From: Candidatus Bathyarchaeia archaeon
GTDB lineage: Archaea > Thermoproteota > Bathyarchaeia > TCS64
NCBI GenBank assembly: GCA_050014495.1
Contig: JBEKDF010000004.1
Coordinates: 5,302-69,301 of the forward strand
Direction of reading: 5' to 3'
DNA: 64,000 nt
Shown: one piece after another, positions 20,346 to 29,503 of the stretch
Layout: the number at the start of each line of letters is the position of its first letter
Numbering within the stretch: position 1 is the stretch's first letter
Made by a program: the position numbers and the translations under genes
Notes under the pieces: model-generated
Database searches by the model: none
The model's input: the letters and a program-made list of their open reading frames with translations, nothing else
Told to the model about the DNA's origin: nothing

Positions 20346-20617
20346 CTAGGAGCATAGCCTACGGGTGGCGATTAATATCTTTCCTAGACGCGGAATTTGA
20401 ACAGAATAAGAAATCTGAAACTGGTGTTGTGGGCGACATGGTTTTCACAAGGTTTCATAGACCCACTTGAGCGGCTCGGAGGGTTCGAAAATTGACAGTT
20501 AATACTCACCAAGTATACCCCACTTTATGATCCAAAACTTCATAAATTTCTGAAATTTTAAAAGTATACATTGCCACCAGAGCCTCGGCTTTAGTATCTC
20601 GCGTGCAAAGCCGTGGG

Positions 20618-21154
20618 TCATGATTTTAGCTTAGCGTAGTTCTCCCAGAACCTTTTTTTGCATCTCTCTATGAGCTTCTTTGAGTCATCGACGTCGTTCC
20701 ACATCTCGACTCGGGTCTCCTTGTCTTCTGGCCTCTTGTAATTGTTATAGAAGTAGTTCAGTTCGTCTATCATGCTCTTCGGGATATCAGTGAGGCTATT
20801 GATGTGTCTGTAAAAGGGGTCTGTGGTGCTGACAGCGACTATCTTATCGTCGAGGACGCCATCATCCCACATCCTTATGTTGGCGACCGGACGCGCGACG
20901 GTGACGCAGCCCGTGAATGTGTGCTCGTTGATGAGGAGAACGACGTCTAAGGGATCGCCATCGTCGTCGAGAGTCTGTGGTATGAAACCGTAGTCGCAGG
21001 GGTAGTATGTGTAGAGGACGCGGTTGAGGATGAAAACACCCTGCTTCGCCTTGTACTCATACTTGTTCCGACCACCCCGCGTGATCTCGGTGACGACATA
21101 TATTTCGCTGGGTGGATTGGGCCCTGTTGGGAAGTCGCGCCAGTAGTCGACCAT
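20618..21154 (-). CDS. ppa: Family I inorganic pyrophosphatase
   Basis: KYEY, YGFIPQT, DGDPLDV, DDKIV, YK. Confidence 0.93.
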   Translation of the reverse strand: MVDYWRDFPTGPNPPSEIYVVTEITRGGRNKYEYKAKQGVFILNRVLYTYYPCDYGFIPQTLDDDGDPLDVVLLINEHTFTGCVTVARPVANIRMWDDGVLDDKIVAVSTTDPFYRHINSLTDIPKSMIDELNYFYNNYKRPEDKETRVEMWNDVDDSKKLIERCKKRFWENYAKLKS

Positions 21155-21246
21155 AATGTTCAGAATAGTAGAGGCGCATCACATTTTATATTTACCCGCC
21201 ACAAACCAGCAACGATGATTACTACTCGAACGAGTTCAAAGGCAAC

Positions 21247-21737
21247 TTGATCAATGGGACGACGGTCCGACTTAGGCCCTTCGGAGTCGAAGACACGGAT
21301 TTCCTTCAAGGTGGAACAACGACCACGTATACTTGGGCGATTTCGAGCCCTTAGAACCCGTATCCCGGGAGGAACTAGGGGAATGGCTCCCGAAGAAGAA
21401 GCCGGGTCAGCTATGGTATGTCATTGAGACCCCAGAAGGTGAAAAAGGTTGGCCAGATCGTCGGCAGGCATCAGGAAGACGGCTCGGTCCAGATAGGCTA
21501 TCGCGTCATACCCTCCGCGCGTGGGAAAGGCTACTGCACAGAGGCAGTGAGAGCCTTAATCACCCACCTCTTCTCATCAGGCGTGGAGAGGGTTGTCGCC
21601 GAGGTTAACACAGGTAACAAGCCCTCAATCAGGGTGCTGGAGAAATTGGGATTAGGGATAAAGAATACAAGGAGAAGCTGGTTAGGATTAATGGAGTCTG
21701 GTTGGATGGGGTAGTTTATGAGCTTAGATTGGGTTAG
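21247..21737 (+). pseudogene. RimJ/RimL GNAT acetyltransferase with three frameshifts
   Basis: LINGTTVRLRP / WNND..YLGDFEP / IGY..PSARGKGYCTEA...N.PSIRVLEKLG / NGVWLDGVVYE in successive frames. Confidence 0.75.
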
Positions 21738-21979
21738 GGCTCATCCTCAGGCATAGGCGTGTTGGCGAGGACCTCTCTCCAAGCCTCCAGTGTCTCCAGT
21801 GCCTCCTTCTCGTCGAGTGTCTGGATCACGAAACCCGTGTGGACGAGGACCCAAGTGCCAGGTTTGACGGTGCCTTTCTCCATGAGGTCTATAATCGCCT
21901 CGCGTTTCACGCCGCCGAAGTCGACTATGGCAACCCTACCGTCGATTGATTCGATCTTCCCGGGGATGGCGAGACACAT
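21734..21979 (-). CDS. hypC: Hydrogenase maturation chaperone HypC
   Basis: MCLAIPG...VDFGGV...GTWVLVHTGF...EA.ETL; start moved to 21979. Confidence 0.93.
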   Translation of the reverse strand: MCLAIPGKIESIDGRVAIVDFGGVKREAIIDLMEKGTVKPGTWVLVHTGFVIQTLDEKEALETLEAWREVLANTPMPEDEP

Positions 21980-22100
21980 ATCAGCAGTTGCAGGGGGTCG
22001 GGAGCTTATAACCCCTACTCCGGTGAACCAAATTGAGTTTTTTTTTTGAGACAATCACTTTTTTTGGAAGGTTTTAATACCCGCGCGATAAGGGATTACT

Positions 22101-22632
22101 TCAAGACTCAGTCCTGAGAAGCCGGGTTCGGTTCTCGTCTACCTCACCATCCCTAATCGAGACTGAATAATCCCTTTCCGCAGATTCCGAGGAGACGAGG
22201 CCGTTCAACATGTCCCTTAGGACCATCTGTGTGTCCCTCCTCTTCGGGTCTCCATATCCTCCCCCTCCGGGGGTGTGGATTATTAGGGTGTCACCTTCCT
22301 CGATCTGGATGGTGCACTTTGAGGGTAGCGTAAGGATATTGCCCCCCTTCTTGAGGAGCTTATACTCCCCCAGTGCCCCGCTTTCACCTCCTGTAGGCCC
22401 CAGGGTCGTATCTTCGTCCTTTCCGCGAGGATGCTTAGAGTCGCCTTCGGGGCAGTGAGGGTCCAACTCCTCTCAATCCCGCAGCCACCACGCTTCTCCC
22501 CAGCCCCTCCTGTATCTGGGCGCAGACCGTAGGAGACGAAGTGCATCGGCAGGTAGGCCTCCAGGCTCTCGATGGGAGTGTTCATAGTGTTCGTCATGTT
22601 GACGTGGACGCCATCCACGCCGTCGTGCGCGC
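22101..22632 (-). pseudogene. Hydantoinase B/5-oxoprolinase C-terminal remnant, 5'-truncated and frameshifted
   Basis: DGVDGVHVNMTNTMNTPIE, GGAGEKRGG, TPGGGGYGDP..R; recognisable similarity ends at GCGCGC 22627-22632. Confidence 0.85.
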
Positions 22633-22731
22633 CTCTCGTATCCGGTTTAATGTCAACGGCGTATTTCCCTGATGACCCCACCATCCTCGAGTCTCATGAT
22701 ACGGGCTGAGACACTCGCTTACACGAGTTGA

Positions 22732-23166
22732 TTAGAGGAACCCCTCCTCCTTCGCGGTCTTCTCCACGAAGACACGCGTAGACTCCATGATGTCAACGGA
22801 GCTGAGGTCGTCGAGTCTCACCCACCGTGCCTCAGCGGCGTCGTCGCTAGCTTTTAGCTCTCCGGAGACATACTCGCAGAGATATTCGAAGAGGACATAG
22901 TGCCAATGTACCCGTCCGTCATCGTCCCTGCGAATGGAGTCGAATGTCGTGATGTGCTTTACGGGCCTGCACTCACAACCGGTCTCCTCTCGGACCTCCC
23001 TGATGAGAGCCTGCTCGATGGTCTCACCGACCTCGACGATGCCTCCTGGTATCCCCCACTTACCCTTACTAGGTTCACGCCCCCGCTTAACAAGGATAAT
23101 CTCCTTTCCTCGGAGAACGATCCCTGCAACCCCGGGGATGGGATGGATCGGATATTCTCTGCTCGT
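22732..23166 (-). CDS. Nudix hydrolase (ADP-ribose pyrophosphatase-like) lacking a canonical start codon
   Basis: Hand translation (T)SREYPIHPIPGV...W.IPGGIVEVGETIEQALIREVREETG...SDDAAEARW; 145 codons including stop; absent from ORF track. Confidence 0.85.
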   Translation of the reverse strand, partial: TSREYPIHPIPGVAGIVLRGKEIILVKRGREPSKGKWGIPGGIVEVGETIEQALIREVREETGCECRPVKHITTFDSIRRDDDGRVHWHYVLFEYLCEYVSGELKASDDAAEARWVRLDDLSSVDIMESTRVFVEKTAKEEGFL

Positions 23167-23175
23167 AGGACAACC

Positions 23176-23709
23176 TCAGACTGTTTGGGCACCGGCCTCT
23201 ATTGCCCTGATGTTAAGCTCGTGGAACTGGGGCCTTATAAGTGCCTTAACGGAATCCCTGAGCTGGTCAAGGGTTATGATGTTAGTCTTCTTCGTATAGG
23301 CGGCAAGGATTATCATGTTAGCAACAATGGAGTTGCCGAGCTTCTCGGCTAGGTCCGCTGCAGGGACCGAGACGGTCTCTACGTCTTTCCTGACCTCCTC
23401 TGGCTTAAGCCGCGCAATGACGCGGCTGTCCACCATGACTAGGCTCCCCTCCTTCGCCACTCCTATGTACTTCCGGTAGCCGGGTAGACTTAGAATTAGC
23501 ATCGCATCGCTCGCCTCGAACTGAATATCGTAGATCTCCTTGTCACTTGCAATCACAACGCTCTGGGCGCTGCCACCGCGAGCCTCCGCCCCGTAGCTTC
23601 GCGTCCCCACAACATGGTAACCATTCCTAAACAATGCTTCACTCAAGAAGTCAGCAGCGGCGAGGATGCCTTGGCCACCTGTTCCACTTATCATTATGTT
23701 GGTCTGCAT
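23176..23709 (-). CDS. korC: 2-oxoacid:ferredoxin oxidoreductase gamma subunit
   Basis: SGTGGQG, SYGAEARGG, ANMIIL. Confidence 0.88.
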   Translation of the reverse strand: MQTNIMISGTGGQGILAAADFLSEALFRNGYHVVGTRSYGAEARGGSAQSVVIASDKEIYDIQFEASDAMLILSLPGYRKYIGVAKEGSLVMVDSRVIARLKPEEVRKDVETVSVPAADLAEKLGNSIVANMIILAAYTKKTNIITLDQLRDSVKALIRPQFHELNIRAIEAGAQTV

Positions 23710-24731
23710 TACTGCTCACCCCTAGCACGTCTACCGATCTCGCGAAGTGCCTCCGTGTACTCGGTGCGCTGCTTCCTGACGAAGACACCTATCTCTTGCT
23801 TTCCCTCGTGGGCGTCGGCTATGCGCTTTACCTCGGGTATCCCGAGCCTCGCCTTAGCTGCCTCGATGTCAGTGGCGTCGACGCGCGCCACCCTACCTAA
23901 GGTGAGATGGTCGACGAGCCGCACCTTACCAGTGTCCCCTATAGCCCTCTCAACTCCTTTAATGGCTGCTTCGGGCTCCCCCACGAGGACTATGTAGAAG
24001 TAGTTTTTCCTCTCCTCCCTGTCTACAATATAGGTGCTCTCGGCGAGCATGTCGAGTAATCTGCTTGGCAGCTCCTGGGCCGGAGCTCGGACGTTGAGTA
24101 TGTTCCTCTGCTGCGTCGGGCACTGGCTAAGGACCTCTATGAAACTGAAGCCTGGGTTCTGCATCGCCTCCTTCATACTCCCGGTTAGCTCCAGGACGTG
24201 GTTCGTGGTCCACTTGGCGACGTACGTGGCGCCCGCCGCCGCGACGAGCTTGGCTATGTCGAAGGGCTGCTCCGGGTTGCCGTAGGGGCTCGTCGAAGTC
24301 TTAGAGTCGTGGAGTGTCGTAGGGGCGATCTGGCCACCCGTCATAGCATAGTTGAAGTTGTTGACAAGTATGCAGGTGAGGCCTATATTTCGGCGCGCTG
24401 CGTGGATGAGGTGGTTACCACCTATCCCCGCACCGTCCCCGTCCCCTGTGAAGACCACAGTCTTCAACGAAGGATTGAACACCTTCGCGCCCGTTGCGAA
24501 TGCAAGTGCCCTCCCATGGGTCGTGTGGAGGGTATCCCCCCTGAAATGCGGGCTCGGGATCCAGCTGCTGCACCCAATCCCCGAGACGCAGAGTATGTCA
24601 TCCACGTTCCAGCCGAGGTCGTCGACGGCTCGGACGAAGCAGTTGAGGATCATACCGTTCCCACAGCCTGGGCAGAATGCTGTCAGGTTGTTGACGATGT
24701 AATCGGCCTTCAGCTGTCCCAGGTTCTTCAT
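23709..24731 (-). CDS. korB: 2-oxoacid:ferredoxin oxidoreductase beta subunit with C-terminal insertion
   Basis: FCPGCG, SGIGCS, HTTHGRA, GDGD..GIGGNH, NNFNYAMTGGQ, SQCP. Confidence 0.92.
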   Translation of the reverse strand: MKNLGQLKADYIVNNLTAFCPGCGNGMILNCFVRAVDDLGWNVDDILCVSGIGCSSWIPSPHFRGDTLHTTHGRALAFATGAKVFNPSLKTVVFTGDGDGAGIGGNHLIHAARRNIGLTCILVNNFNYAMTGGQIAPTTLHDSKTSTSPYGNPEQPFDIAKLVAAAGATYVAKWTTNHVLELTGSMKEAMQNPGFSFIEVLSQCPTQQRNILNVRAPAQELPSRLLDMLAESTYIVDREERKNYFYIVLVGEPEAAIKGVERAIGDTGKVRLVDHLTLGRVARVDATDIEAAKARLGIPEVKRIADAHEGKQEIGVFVRKQRTEYTEALREIGRRARGEQ

Positions 24732-25858
24732 TGTACGAGCCTCCTAAGTTCCTGGGCTATGTCACCCTGCGTTGGCGTGACACCCCCGAGACGGGTGAGC
24801 GAAGCGATCTTTGTCTGCCCGCAGGCGACACGCTGGACCTCGCGAATTAGTTTCCCCGCGTTCATCTCGACGACGAGAATAGCATCCACTTTACCAGAAA
24901 GGTTCGTGATTTCATCCTCGGGGAATGGCCAGAGAGTCTTGAGCCTTAGCAACCCCGCCTTTATGCCCTCCTCGCGGAGTTTCTTGACGGCCCCATAGCT
25001 AGGACGCGCAGATGCGCCAAAACTGATAACCGCCACTTCGGCATCATCGATGTCGACCTTGGCAACGTCCCTGATCTTAGGCTCGGCTTGCGTAATCTTC
25101 TTCATTATCCTCCTAACCTTGTCAGCATGAACCTTGGGGCTATAGTCGCGAACACCGTTGGGACGGTGGCTGCTCCCAGTGACTTGCAGTCGGTAGCCCT
25201 GACCGAATTTAGGCATCTCTGGGACGAGTGAAGGATCATCCGTCCCGAATGGTGTGACGTTTGGACCTGAGGGTGACTTCCTATTCACAATCTCCACATC
25301 CTCGGGGACTGTCAACTCCTCTCTGATGTGACCTATCATGCCGTCAGCGAGGAAGTAGACTGGGGTCCTGTACTGCTCGGCTAAGTTAAAGGCGCGGACC
25401 GTGAGGTCAAACATCTCTTGGGCACTCCAAGGACTTATAGCTATGACCTCATAGTCTCCGTGTGCACCATAGCGGGCCTGGTAGAAGTCCTGCTGGGACG
25501 CGTCTGTCGACTGACCTGTAGATGGACCACTGCGCTGTACGTCGACTACGACGAGGGGCGTTTCAGTCATGTGGGCGTAACTTAGGTTCTCCTGCATTAG
25601 GCTGAAACCCGGGCCGGAGGTTGCTGTCATGGGCTTTGCCCCCGCCCAGCTGCCTCCGATGCAGGCTGCGATGCTCGCTATCTCATCCTCCATCTGAAGG
25701 AAGTAGCCTCCAACTTTTGGGAGTTCACCGCTCATGTACTCTGTGATCTCGTTGGCGGGAGTAATTGGGTAACCAGCGAATAGTCGGCACCCAACACGTA
25801 GCGTCCCTTCAGCACATGCAATATTTCCAAGGACAAGATGCTTACCCGACTTAAGCAT
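24728..25858 (-). CDS. korA: 2-oxoacid:ferredoxin oxidoreductase alpha subunit
   Basis: GYPITP, QMEDEIAS, TATSGPGFSLMQE, QRSGPSTG, VVEMN.G. Confidence 0.93.
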   Translation of the reverse strand: MLKSGKHLVLGNIACAEGTLRVGCRLFAGYPITPANEITEYMSGELPKVGGYFLQMEDEIASIAACIGGSWAGAKPMTATSGPGFSLMQENLSYAHMTETPLVVVDVQRSGPSTGQSTDASQQDFYQARYGAHGDYEVIAISPWSAQEMFDLTVRAFNLAEQYRTPVYFLADGMIGHIREELTVPEDVEIVNRKSPSGPNVTPFGTDDPSLVPEMPKFGQGYRLQVTGSSHRPNGVRDYSPKVHADKVRRIMKKITQAEPKIRDVAKVDIDDAEVAVISFGASARPSYGAVKKLREEGIKAGLLRLKTLWPFPEDEITNLSGKVDAILVVEMNAGKLIREVQRVACGQTKIASLTRLGGVTPTQGDIAQELRRLVQ

Positions 25859-26090
25859 CGTTCTTTTCCTCCTCGATTGTTATAGCGAAGTCTGGGCAGT
25901 ACCTCTCGCACCAGCGGCAGCCAGTGCACTTATCAGCCCCTTCAGGTAGAGAACCACCGAGGAGCGTCCTCCTCTGTCCATATTTGAGGTTTTTACCTCC
26001 CTTCGTTTCGCAAATATGAACACAGATACCGCAGCCCTTGCAGGTCGTCTCATCCACTGTCACCTTGAACTTCTTAGCCAACGGTTTCAC
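25851..26090 (-). CDS. korD: 2x[4Fe-4S] ferredoxin, delta subunit
   Basis: CKGCGIC...C and CTGCRWCERYCPDFAI. Confidence 0.88.
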   Translation of the reverse strand: MKPLAKKFKVTVDETTCKGCGICVHICETKGGKNLKYGQRRTLLGGSLPEGADKCTGCRWCERYCPDFAITIEEEKNDA

Positions 26091-26202
26091 TCCGGTCTAA
26101 TCAAGTGAACTTATCTCGCCTCGTGTTTTAAGATAACGGCTCGATGGGAGAAGCTATCTCCGTGATCATTCGTACTAGACTTGACTCGATTTGGGTGATG
26201 GA

Positions 26203-27106
26203 ATGCTACACGTAGGCGTTGCAAAGTTTATTCACGACGGAAACTTCGCAAGGAAGGAGTTCGATGAGGGTCCCGACATCATGGAAAGGAGCGGCCTCTA
26301 CAATCTCCTTGAGAGTCTAGGCGTCGAGGTCACCGAGACTAAGACTGCGAGACTCACACCAGAGGAGGAGAAGCAGTATGGGACGGTTAACCGACTCGGA
26401 TTAGCGGGTCGCCACATGGCGGAGATTATATCCGCGCAGATTAAGAGGGCGATTTCAACCTCTCTCTCCTCTCTAACTGCGTAGGACTCACAGGAATGCT
26501 GGCGGGGGCACAACGAGCAGGCCCCGATTGGAAACCTCTGCGGGTAGGTTTAGTCTACTTCGATGCCCATGGGGACATAAACACCCCAGAGACGAGTCTC
26601 AGCATGATGATGGGTGGAATACCAGTAGCCGTTGGCTGCGGGTTATGCCTACACCGCTTGAGGAGGCAGAGTGGGCTAGAGGTTCCACTCCCCACACGCT
26701 ACGTAGTACTCGCAGGTGTGCGCGATATCGACCCCCTAGAGCAGGAGATAATCGACAGCAGTGACATCGAGCACATCACTATCGAGGACATCCGGATGCT
26801 CGGCCCAAACGTAACAGCGCAGATGGACCGGCTCTCACGGATCACAGACATCATATATGTCCATGTCGATACAGACATCCTCAGTGCTGAAGAGGTCCCT
26901 GGCCACACAACGCCGGTACCGGATGGGTGTAACAGTGACCAGCTCTCCGCCACACTCGAGATCATGTTCAGGTATCCTAAGGCAGCCTCCTTCGGCATCG
27001 CTAGTCTCCCCACGAAGGGCGACCCAGACGGCGTGCGTTGAAGGCAATGTACAAGAGGGTAGAGGGAGTCATCAAGGGTGTAGATAGTCGCTCCCGCAGA
27101 GCTTAG
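26203..27106 (+). pseudogene. Arginase/ureohydrolase family with two -1 frameshifts
   Basis: DAHGD.NTPE, GVRD.DP.E, YVHVDTD; frame breaks near 26446 and 27035. Confidence 0.78.
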
Positions 27107-27603
27107 ACTTGAATTATTACACTCTCTGCCTTCTTGCCACTAAAGTAATCGATGTCAATCCTACCGATGAGGATCCGCTCGGTTGAGTGAGGTGTTATCT
27201 GCTCCTCAATTATCTTATCAGGATCCTTGTCGAGATGTCTGATCATCAAGCGCAGGGCGTATGCCTTCTCCTCCTTATCCTCGACGAATGTGACCCTGCC
27301 ATGAAACTGGGCTGTCTTGTAGAGGTGGTCACAGCTTCCCTGCTGATATCCGTTGTCTATCATGACTTGGCCCCAGACACGCGGATTCGTCTTTAGAATA
27401 TCGACCTTCTTTCCTTCCCGCGCGGAATGGAAATAAATTCTATTCTTTTCCTCATCATAGCCGTGACTCAGGGTTGCGAGGTAGGGTTCTTCGTGGAGGC
27501 TCATAGCGATTGTTACATATTTTGCCTCTCGGAGTATTGCCTTAACCTCGATCTCGTTTGTGATCGCCTTATCTTTGCGCCTCATTTGGTGCATTTCGGA
27601 CAC
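27103..27603 (-). CDS. Pyridoxamine 5'-phosphate oxidase-like flavin-binding protein (NimA family)
   Basis: MRRKDKAI, PY, IYFHSAREGKK..L..NPRV, SGK. Confidence 0.85.
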   Translation of the reverse strand: MSEMHQMRRKDKAITNEIEVKAILREAKYVTIAMSLHEEPYLATLSHGYDEEKNRIYFHSAREGKKVDILKTNPRVWGQVMIDNGYQQGSCDHLYKTAQFHGRVTFVEDKEEKAYALRLMIRHLDKDPDKIIEEQITPHSTERILIGRIDIDYFSGKKAESVIIQV

Positions 27604-27607
27604 CTTT

Positions 27608-28324
27608 TTAGAGTTTAACGGGTTTCGGGGGGTTCGGATAGGTGTATCTGCTCTGTGTGAGACCTAACTCGATAAGCATCTCCGCTAATCTGATTGAGGT
27701 CCTCCCGGGATGCACTAGCGTCGCCCCCGGGTATGATTCCTTCAATTCTTTTGTGAGTCTATCCACATGATTGTTGAGGGCCATACAGCCGAAGCATACG
27801 GCATCTGCCCCGTCATCAATTGACTCAATGACTGTTTCCTTTACAGCATCGTAGCTCTCCGGCTTTCCAAGTTCTAGTACAGGGATATCGACGCTATAGA
27901 CGCCTATACACTTCTCCTCTAATCTATAATCTCTAATCTGACGCCATGCGAGCTGCTCCACCTCTGGGAGCTGCACTATGAGACTGAAGTAGTCGGCAAG
28001 GAAGGATGCGATGTGCATCGAGACACTTCCTGGCCCAAGTACGGGTATATTCACTAAGCTCCGAGCCGAGAGAAGGGACGGGTCATGGCCCCCCCAGATC
28101 AATACTGCATCTGCACCGTCTTCCTCCGATTTAACAACACGCTCAAGTATACCGGGAGCCGCCAGCTCCATCTCCGCTAATGAATCAACTGATGGCGGCG
28201 GATTCCTTGTCATTACTAGATTAATCTCTGTACCCGGTGAGGCGTAGCTCTTTAGAATCTCGATCCTGCTCTTCAGGTCAGTCTCCGGTAGACCACCTAT
28301 TAGCATTACGACATCAATACGCAA
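27608..28324 (-). CDS. Asp/Glu/hydantoin racemase family protein
   Basis: PPSVDS, DGADAV, DP.L..AR..V.IPVLG, FGCM, S..TYP.P; likely TTG start 28324. Confidence 0.82.
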   Translation of the reverse strand: MRIDVVMLIGGLPETDLKSRIEILKSYASPGTEINLVMTRNPPPSVDSLAEMELAAPGILERVVKSEEDGADAVLIWGGHDPSLLSARSLVNIPVLGPGSVSMHIASFLADYFSLIVQLPEVEQLAWRQIRDYRLEEKCIGVYSVDIPVLELGKPESYDAVKETVIESIDDGADAVCFGCMALNNHVDRLTKELKESYPGATLVHPGRTSIRLAEMLIELGLTQSRYTYPNPPKPVKL

Positions 28325-28388
28325 ACGAATCACTAACATTAGAGGCCTGGTTTGAGAATAAAAGGCCCTGAATAGAATCATCCCGGAG

Positions 28389-29342
28389 TCAGTTACTCAT
28401 GATCTTCTTTAGTACGAGATTTGCGACAGATGAATCCTGTATGGCGATGCCAACGCTCTTGAATACGGTGAGACCATCCGTGGGGGTCCTGCCTTGTTTT
28501 TCGCCAGTAACTATCTCACCGAGTTCGGCGTATATGTGAGCCTCCTTTATCACGCCTTCCTTGATTGGGATGAGAATGTCACCAGACTCTAGCCTTATTG
28601 CCTCCCACTCGTCGATGACGACTTTGGCATCCTTTATTATACGCGTCTCAAGCTCCCTCCAGTCAGGGTAGAAGGCACCTATCGCGGAGATGTGCACCTT
28701 GTCAGCGAGCCAAGCACGCTTAATGACGGGGGTCTTTGATGTCGTAGCAGTGAGGATTATGTCAGCACCCTTACATGCCTCCTCTCCACTCACAGACTTG
28801 GTGATCGGTATACCTAGCTTACTCTCCATATCCTCAGCGAACCTGTCTACAACGGATTTAATTGGGTCGTAGACCCTTATCTCATCGAGTTTTCGCACAG
28901 TTGCCGCTGCCCAAACTTGGTTCCTTGCCTGTACTCCAGCGCCGAAGACCGTAGCAATCCTCGCATCTCTAGGGGCAAGATACTTCACCGCGACCCCAGA
29001 AACCGCGCCTGTCCTGACCCCAGTTAGATACGTAGCATCCATGAATGCCCTGACCTGCCCTGTTTCCGGGTCATTCACGACTATCCATGCAGCAGTCGTG
29101 GGTAATCCCTTCCTCGGGTTATCCGGGTAGATGCTAATTATCTTCGTCGCTTGCGCCTTAGATTCCTCGAGATAGGATGGCATAAAGCTGATGCTTCCAT
29201 TGTATTCTTGGAGCATTATTGTATTCCTTGTAGGCATCACTACGTTTCCACGTTGAAGCTGGGCAAATGCTCCCTCTACTGCCTCAATAGCCTCCCCCAT
29301 CGTCAGTAAGCCAGCGATGTCACCATCGCTCAGAATGAACAT
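28389..29342 (-). CDS. Ornithine cyclodeaminase/mu-crystallin family (archaeal alanine dehydrogenase-like)
   Basis: LT.VRTGA, GAGVQA, TATTS, AIGA, FKSVGIAIQD. Confidence 0.9.
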   Translation of the reverse strand: MFILSDGDIAGLLTMGEAIEAVEGAFAQLQRGNVVMPTRNTIMLQEYNGSISFMPSYLEESKAQATKIISIYPDNPRKGLPTTAAWIVVNDPETGQVRAFMDATYLTGVRTGAVSGVAVKYLAPRDARIATVFGAGVQARNQVWAAATVRKLDEIRVYDPIKSVVDRFAEDMESKLGIPITKSVSGEEACKGADIILTATTSKTPVIKRAWLADKVHISAIGAFYPDWRELETRIIKDAKVVIDEWEAIRLESGDILIPIKEGVIKEAHIYAELGEIVTGEKQGRTPTDGLTVFKSVGIAIQDSSVANLVLKKIMSN

Positions 29343-29503
29343 GGGTAACTCACCGCGTCCACCCAATTAAAAACATGAGTGAAATAACTATCAAAAAGAA
29401 ATTATGATAGAACGAAAAATATACCAAGAAAACTATGTACCCGAAAAATTATCTTTAAAATATGACTCGATTTTATGTTCTGATTCGGGTGCGATAAAGG
29501 TTC

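Noticed and set aside
20460-20495. GGAGGGTTCGAA resembling a tRNA T-loop
   Set aside because: No acceptor, D or anticodon stems could be built.
21734-21979. hypC without other hyp genes; DUF1610 gene at 44196 without adjacent EF-1beta
   Set aside because: Scattered gene order is common in archaea and is uninformative without the rest of the genome.
22900-23352. Plus-strand ORFs of 150 and 121 aa
   Set aside because: Antisense to the Nudix gene and korC.
20892-27424. 6-7 nt CGCGCG/GCGCGC inside genes (20892, 21516, 23882, 24393, 27419; also 61904)
   Set aside because: They encode ordinary Ala-Arg in conserved motifs (e.g. HAARRN, ARGKG) with continuous homology on both sides, so they are chance matches and not counted as scars.
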